NCBI GenBank assembly: GCA_963695555.1
Contig: CAVOGR010000007.1
Location: 736,001 to 800,000, forward strand
Reading direction: 5' to 3'
From: an uncultured Gemmatimonadales bacterium
Lineage (GTDB): Bacteria; Gemmatimonadota; Gemmatimonadetes; Gemmatimonadales; GWC2-71-9
DNA length: 64,000 bases
The translations under genes were made by a program, and so were the position numbers. Shown piece after piece: positions 59,549 through 64,000 of the stretch. The notes beneath the pieces were generated by a model. That model ran no database searches, had not been told where the DNA came from, and saw only the letters and a list, made by a program, of their open reading frames with translations. Within the stretch, counting starts at the first letter, position 1. Each line of letters opens with the position of its first letter.

Positions 59549-60232
59549 ATGAGTGACGTGGAACGCATGTTTCGTCTCCTGGTACGCACGCTGGCGGACG
59601 TGGACCCCTCGTGGCTTCATCGTCCGATCCCGCTCGGGGCGATGACCCGCGAGGTGATTCCGTATCGTGATGTCCGCAATCGCCTGAACCTGGCGTGCAA
59701 CGAAGATTATGAGTCGCTTCTGATTCGACTATGTGCCGGACAGGGAGGTCTGGCGGAACTCACGGACACAGATGCCCGGGAGCACTTCGCCCTGGCCGCA
59801 GCGAGTCCGCATCCCGACTTGGACTTACTCCGCCGCTGGTCGGAGACCACCGTCAGTCTCGACGCTCGAGCCGTGGCACGGGCGCTCGGCGGAGAACCAG
59901 AGGACGAGTATGCACCGACACCCGAACCGGCCACGCCAGTCGACCAAGCTTCTCCGCCACCCGAGACGCTTCCGTCCGAGTCGGCGGCCTCGGGCCGCGA
60001 CCGTCGCGTGCTCGACTTTCCGTTACCGCCCGCGTCATCCGCCCCAACCCCGGCCAGTCCGGCCGACCAATGCCTTTTCTGCGGTGGTGAGCTGCCGGCC
60101 GACCGTGAGACCAAGTATTGCCCACATTGCGGCCAGAGCCAGGTCATACTCCGCTGTCCCAATTGCGACGCGGAGGTGGAGATCGGCTGGCGGCATTGCA
60201 TCACGTGCGGGCAACCGCTGCCGCATCTCTAG
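59549..60232 (+). CDS. Double zinc-ribbon domain protein
   Basis: C-terminal CLFC, CPHC, CPNC, CITC after a Pro-rich linker. Confidence 0.8.
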   Translation: MSDVERMFRLLVRTLADVDPSWLHRPIPLGAMTREVIPYRDVRNRLNLACNEDYESLLIRLCAGQGGLAELTDTDAREHFALAAASPHPDLDLLRRWSETTVSLDARAVARALGGEPEDEYAPTPEPATPVDQASPPPETLPSESAASGRDRRVLDFPLPPASSAPTPASPADQCLFCGGELPADRETKYCPHCGQSQVILRCPNCDAEVEIGWRHCITCGQPLPHL

Positions 60233-61279
60233 GTGACCCGCCACAACATCGCCGTCATTCCAGGCGACGGAATCGGACCGGAAGTCGTGGAGGCGGCCCT
60301 GCCCGTACTTGCCCGAGCCGCTCGCCTGGACGGCGTCGAGCTTGGCTTCGAGCGATTCCCCTACGGGGCCGAGCACTTTCTCGCAACCGGCGAAACCCTG
60401 CCCGAAGCGGCGTTTCAGCGTCTCGAGCGCGAGTTCGACGCAATCCTGGTCGGCGCGCTGGGCGACCCTCGCGTGCCCCAAAACGAGCACGCACGCGACA
60501 TCCTACTTGGCCTCAGGTTCCGCCTCGACCTCTACATCAACTTCCGACCCGTCCGATTGCTGCATCCGCGGCTCACACCCCTCAAGAACTCACGGCCCAT
60601 CGATTTCGTGGTCTTTCGTGAGAACACGGAGGGACCGTATGGCGGGCGGGGACGCGCGCTCATGGTCGGCACGCCGAACGAGGAACAGATTTCCGAGGAA
60701 GTGCACACCTGGCGGGGAGTGACGCGCATTCTGGAAGCCGCCTTCGCGTGGGCCGAGGCACACGGACGGACGCGAATCACCCTGTGCGACAAGGCAAATG
60801 CCATCCCGTTCCACCGGATCTGGGCCGAGCGCTTTCAGGACATCGGCGCCAACCATCCCGGAATCGAGCGCGAACACCGTTACATCGACGCGCTCGCGCT
60901 CGACCTGGTACGCTCGCCTGGGCATTTTCAGCTCATCGTGACCAACAACCTCTACGGCGATATCGTGTCAGACCTGGGCGCAGGCCTGGTCGGCGGGCTC
61001 GGGCTCGCACCGAGTGCCAACCTGCACCCTGGGCGGCCCGGCCTGTTCGAGCCGGTCCACGGGTCCGCGCCTCCCTTGGCCGGTACGGGAACTGCCAACC
61101 CCATGGCCGCCATCCTCACGGGCGCTCTCATGCTCGAATCACTCGGCTATCCCGGCACTCGGGCCAGGCTCGAGGCCGCCGTTCAGCGCGTCATAGCGAA
61201 CGGGCCAACGACGCCGGACCTGGGCGGCGGGGCATCGACCGACCAGGTGGCGGAGGCCACCAAAACGGCCCTCGGCTAG
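60233..61279 (+). CDS. leuB: Isocitrate/isopropylmalate/tartrate dehydrogenase family enzyme (LeuB-like)
   Basis: IAVIPGDGIGPEV, NFRP, RENTEG, DKAN, NLYGDIVSD, FEPVHGSAP, NPMAAIL, TPDLGG. Confidence 0.75.
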   Translation: MTRHNIAVIPGDGIGPEVVEAALPVLARAARLDGVELGFERFPYGAEHFLATGETLPEAAFQRLEREFDAILVGALGDPRVPQNEHARDILLGLRFRLDLYINFRPVRLLHPRLTPLKNSRPIDFVVFRENTEGPYGGRGRALMVGTPNEEQISEEVHTWRGVTRILEAAFAWAEAHGRTRITLCDKANAIPFHRIWAERFQDIGANHPGIEREHRYIDALALDLVRSPGHFQLIVTNNLYGDIVSDLGAGLVGGLGLAPSANLHPGRPGLFEPVHGSAPPLAGTGTANPMAAILTGALMLESLGYPGTRARLEAAVQRVIANGPTTPDLGGGASTDQVAEATKTALG

Positions 61280-61412
61280 GACTCGTCAGATAGGTCCAGC
61301 GCAGGACCTGATGCGGGGTTCGCCGGAGGTCTTCGCTTGAGAGAGTCTCTCGGTACGGGCATATTTCACCGCTCACCGACGATCATCCGCGAAGATTTGG
61401 AGCCAGTCTCTC

Positions 61413-62624
61413 ATGAAGACTCAAGGCCATGGTACCGACGTCGTCTTCCTCTCAGGCGTCCGGACGGGCTTCGGCGCCTTTGGCGGCGCCCTCAAGTCCT
61501 ACAGCGCAATCCAACTGGGCGCGATTGCCGCCAAATACGCCGTCGAGCGGTCCGGCACGGACCCTTCGGCCATCGATCACGTGGTGTTCGGCAACGCGCT
61601 TCAGACTTCGGCTGATGCCATCTATCTGGCCCGGCATATCGGACTACAAGCCGGGCTGCCACTGGAGACGCCGGCCGTCACCGTAAATCGACTCTGCGGG
61701 TCGGGATTCGAGTCGATCATTCAAGGCGCCCAGCAGATCCTGCTTGGCGAGTCCCAGGTCGTCCTGGCGGGGGGCACCGAGTCAATGAGCCAGGCCCCCC
61801 ATATCGTCCGCGGCGCCAGGTGGGGCCTCAGGCTCGGCCCGGCTCCCCCGTTCGAGGACCTCCTGTGGGAGTCGCTGCAGGATCCACAGTGCGGCTTTTC
61901 CATGGCGGAAACGGCCGAGAACCTGGCCGACAAGCACGGGATCGCGCGGGAGGATGTCGATGCGTATGCCCTCAGGAGCCAGCAGGCGGCGGCGGCCGGG
62001 TGGAGCGAGGGGCACTTCGCCGAAGAGGTCATCCCCGTGCCGGTCAAGAACCCGAAGACCCGCCAAATGGAAGACTGGGCCGCGGACGAACACATGCGCC
62101 CATCCACCACCGCCGAAGCGTTGGCAAAGTTGCCGCCCTACTTCAAGAAGGACGGCGTGGTTACCGCGGGGAACGCATCCGGTATCTGTGATGGTGGCGC
62201 CGCGGTCGTGATCGCGAACGAGAGCTACGCGTCGAAGAGCGGGCTCCGCCCCATTGGTCGGCTGGTGGCCTGGGGGGTGGCGGGCGTCGAGCCGAAGTAC
62301 ATGGGGATCGGGCCGGTGCCGGCGGCCCGCAAGGCGCTGGCGAAGGCGGGGATGACCTTGGATCAGATGGATCTCGTCGAGGTCAACGAAGCGTTTTCGG
62401 CCCAGTACCTCGCCGTTGAGCGCGAGCTCGGGCTCGACCGCGAACGAACCAACGTCGACGGAGGCGCCATCGCCATCGGCCATCCGTTGGCCGCGTCCGG
62501 CACCAGGATCACCCTGCATTTGCTGCACGCGCTACGTCGACGGGGCAAGCGAATCGGCCTCGGAAGCGCATGTATCGGCGGCGGGCAGGGCGCAGCCGTC
62601 ATCGTCGAGGCGTTTCCAGCCTAA
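61413..62624 (+). CDS. Acetyl-CoA C-acyltransferase (thiolase)
   Basis: [41 protein letters not shown]. Confidence 0.95.
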   Translation: MKTQGHGTDVVFLSGVRTGFGAFGGALKSYSAIQLGAIAAKYAVERSGTDPSAIDHVVFGNALQTSADAIYLARHIGLQAGLPLETPAVTVNRLCGSGFESIIQGAQQILLGESQVVLAGGTESMSQAPHIVRGARWGLRLGPAPPFEDLLWESLQDPQCGFSMAETAENLADKHGIAREDVDAYALRSQQAAAAGWSEGHFAEEVIPVPVKNPKTRQMEDWAADEHMRPSTTAEALAKLPPYFKKDGVVTAGNASGICDGGAAVVIANESYASKSGLRPIGRLVAWGVAGVEPKYMGIGPVPAARKALAKAGMTLDQMDLVEVNEAFSAQYLAVERELGLDRERTNVDGGAIAIGHPLAASGTRITLHLLHALRRRGKRIGLGSACIGGGQGAAVIVEAFPA

Positions 62625-62641
62625 ATCATCAAGAGGACATC

Positions 62642-63517
62642 ATGGAACTCATTATCGCCGCCGCCATTGGATTGACCTACGTCGCGGCCAGCCTCCGGGT
62701 GCTAAAGCAGTACGAGCGAGGGGTCGTCTTCTTCTTGGGGAAATACATCGCCACCAAGGGACCCGGACTCATTTTCTTGCCTGCCGGCTTCGCGGCCCAG
62801 AAACGGGTCTCCCTCAGGATCATGGCGCTCGATATTCCGCCGCAGGACGTGATCACGCGGGACAACGTCTCCGTCAGGGTAAACGCCGTCCTGTACATGC
62901 GCGTCATCGATCCCGCGCGAGCCATCATCGACATCGAGGACTATCTCTATGCCTGTAGCCAGCTCGCGCAGACGACGCTCCGCGCGGTGCTGGGTGAGAC
63001 GGAACTCGACGAACTCTTGGCCGACCGGGAAAAAATCAACGCCATCTTGAAGAAGATCATCGACGAGCGGACCGATCCCTGGGGCATCGAGGTGTCGGCG
63101 GTCGAGGTCAAGGACGTGGACCTGCCGGAGACGATGAAGCGCGCAATGGCGCGGCAGGCCGAGGCGGAGCGCGAGCGGCGAGCCAAGGTGATCGCGGCAC
63201 AGGGCGAGCTCCAGGCATCGCACACTCTCGCGCAGGCGGCGAATACAATGGCGAAGGAACCCATGTCGCTCCAGCTTCGCTACCTGCAGACCGTGATCGA
63301 GGTCGCCGCAGAGAACAACTCGACGACGATCTTCCCGATCCCGATCGACATGATCACGCCATTCATGAAGCAGGGACTCTTCGGCGGGAGCACGGCGGCG
63401 GCCGCCATCGGCGAAGGAGAGAGTGCACCGGCCCTGTCCGAGCCCAATCCGCTTACCATGCTCCCCCAGATCAAGGTGGAGGAGTCCAAAGTGCCGAAGA
63501 AGGAGCAGAAGGACTAG
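62642..63517 (+). CDS. SPFH/stomatin (band 7) family protein
   Basis: GAGG RBS, ATG at 62642; [46 protein letters not shown]. Confidence 0.92.
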   Translation: MELIIAAAIGLTYVAASLRVLKQYERGVVFFLGKYIATKGPGLIFLPAGFAAQKRVSLRIMALDIPPQDVITRDNVSVRVNAVLYMRVIDPARAIIDIEDYLYACSQLAQTTLRAVLGETELDELLADREKINAILKKIIDERTDPWGIEVSAVEVKDVDLPETMKRAMARQAEAERERRAKVIAAQGELQASHTLAQAANTMAKEPMSLQLRYLQTVIEVAAENNSTTIFPIPIDMITPFMKQGLFGGSTAAAAIGEGESAPALSEPNPLTMLPQIKVEESKVPKKEQKD

Positions 63518-63519
63518 GG

Positions 63520-64000
63520 ATGTCCAACCTAGTACCGGCGCGACGGATCGATCGCGAAGCGCTCGAACGCATCATCCAGCGCGCCACCGAACTGCAGACC
63601 GGCGAACGGGAGATCGCGTCGGACTTGACGCCGACGGAGGTGTTGGCGCTCGGGAAGGACGTCGGCATTCCCGAACGCTACCTGCAGCAGGCGATTCTGG
63701 AGGAGCAGACGCGCCGCCCCGTTCCGGCAGCGGCCGGGCTCTGGAATCGGCTGGCCGGCCCCCAGACGATAGCCGCCGAGCGGGTGGTGCGCGGTGAGAT
63801 CGAGGAGCTGGAGGCGGCGCTCGCGCGGTGGATGGAACAGAACGAGCTATTGACGGTGCAGCGGCAGCAGCGAGGGTGGATTACCTGGGAGCCGGTCACC
63901 GGATTCCAGGCGGCCATTCGCCGGTCGTCGGCGGCCTTGGGCGGCGGCAAGCGCCCGTTCATGCTCTCGAGGGCCACGGTCGTCTCCGCCACCGTGACCC
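63520..64000 (+). CDS. Hypothetical protein (3'-partial)
   Basis: ATG 2 nt after the SPFH stop; MSNLVPARRIDREALERIIQRATELQ...EVLALGKDVGI...; open to the end of the window, so absent from the ORF track. Confidence 0.75.
   Translation, partial: MSNLVPARRIDREALERIIQRATELQTGEREIASDLTPTEVLALGKDVGIPERYLQQAILEEQTRRPVPAAAGLWNRLAGPQTIAAERVVRGEIEELEAALARWMEQNELLTVQRQQRGWITWEPVTGFQAAIRRSSAALGGGKRPFMLSRATVVSATVT

Overview
High-GC bacterial chromosomal segment; gene style and content suggest Gemmatimonadota (inference). About 55 genes, densely packed. Housekeeping and metabolism: leuS, gyrA, fabH, selD, rnhA, leuB-like, thiolase, pncA/pncB NAD salvage. Envelope: a MacAB-TolC-type ABC exporter, a TolC-MFP-RND-RND exporter, several secreted beta-propeller and lipoproteins. 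Signalling: an ECF sigma/anti-sigma/PDZ cassette, an MCP, a REC-GAF-GGEEF cyclase, a Ser/Thr kinase. No rRNA, tRNA, CRISPR array or mobile element was recognised. The most interesting part is 41.2-46.9 kb: two glycine-cleavage-H-like proteins that both lack the lipoyl lysine (one membrane-anchored, one with a 4-Cys motif), each behind its own sigma54 -24/-12 promoter and tandem TGT-N11-ACA-like enhancer sites. They are divergent from a c-type-haem sensor kinase, an NtrC-type activator and an archaemetzincin. Also notable: selD carries an in-frame UGA (selenocysteine) that the ORF track misses; the RNase HI and an amidohydrolase have substituted catalytic residues; one RND subunit lacks its proton-relay Asp; one lipoprotein needs a non-canonical start codon; several genes look leaderless. 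All family calls come from motif recognition, not database searches.
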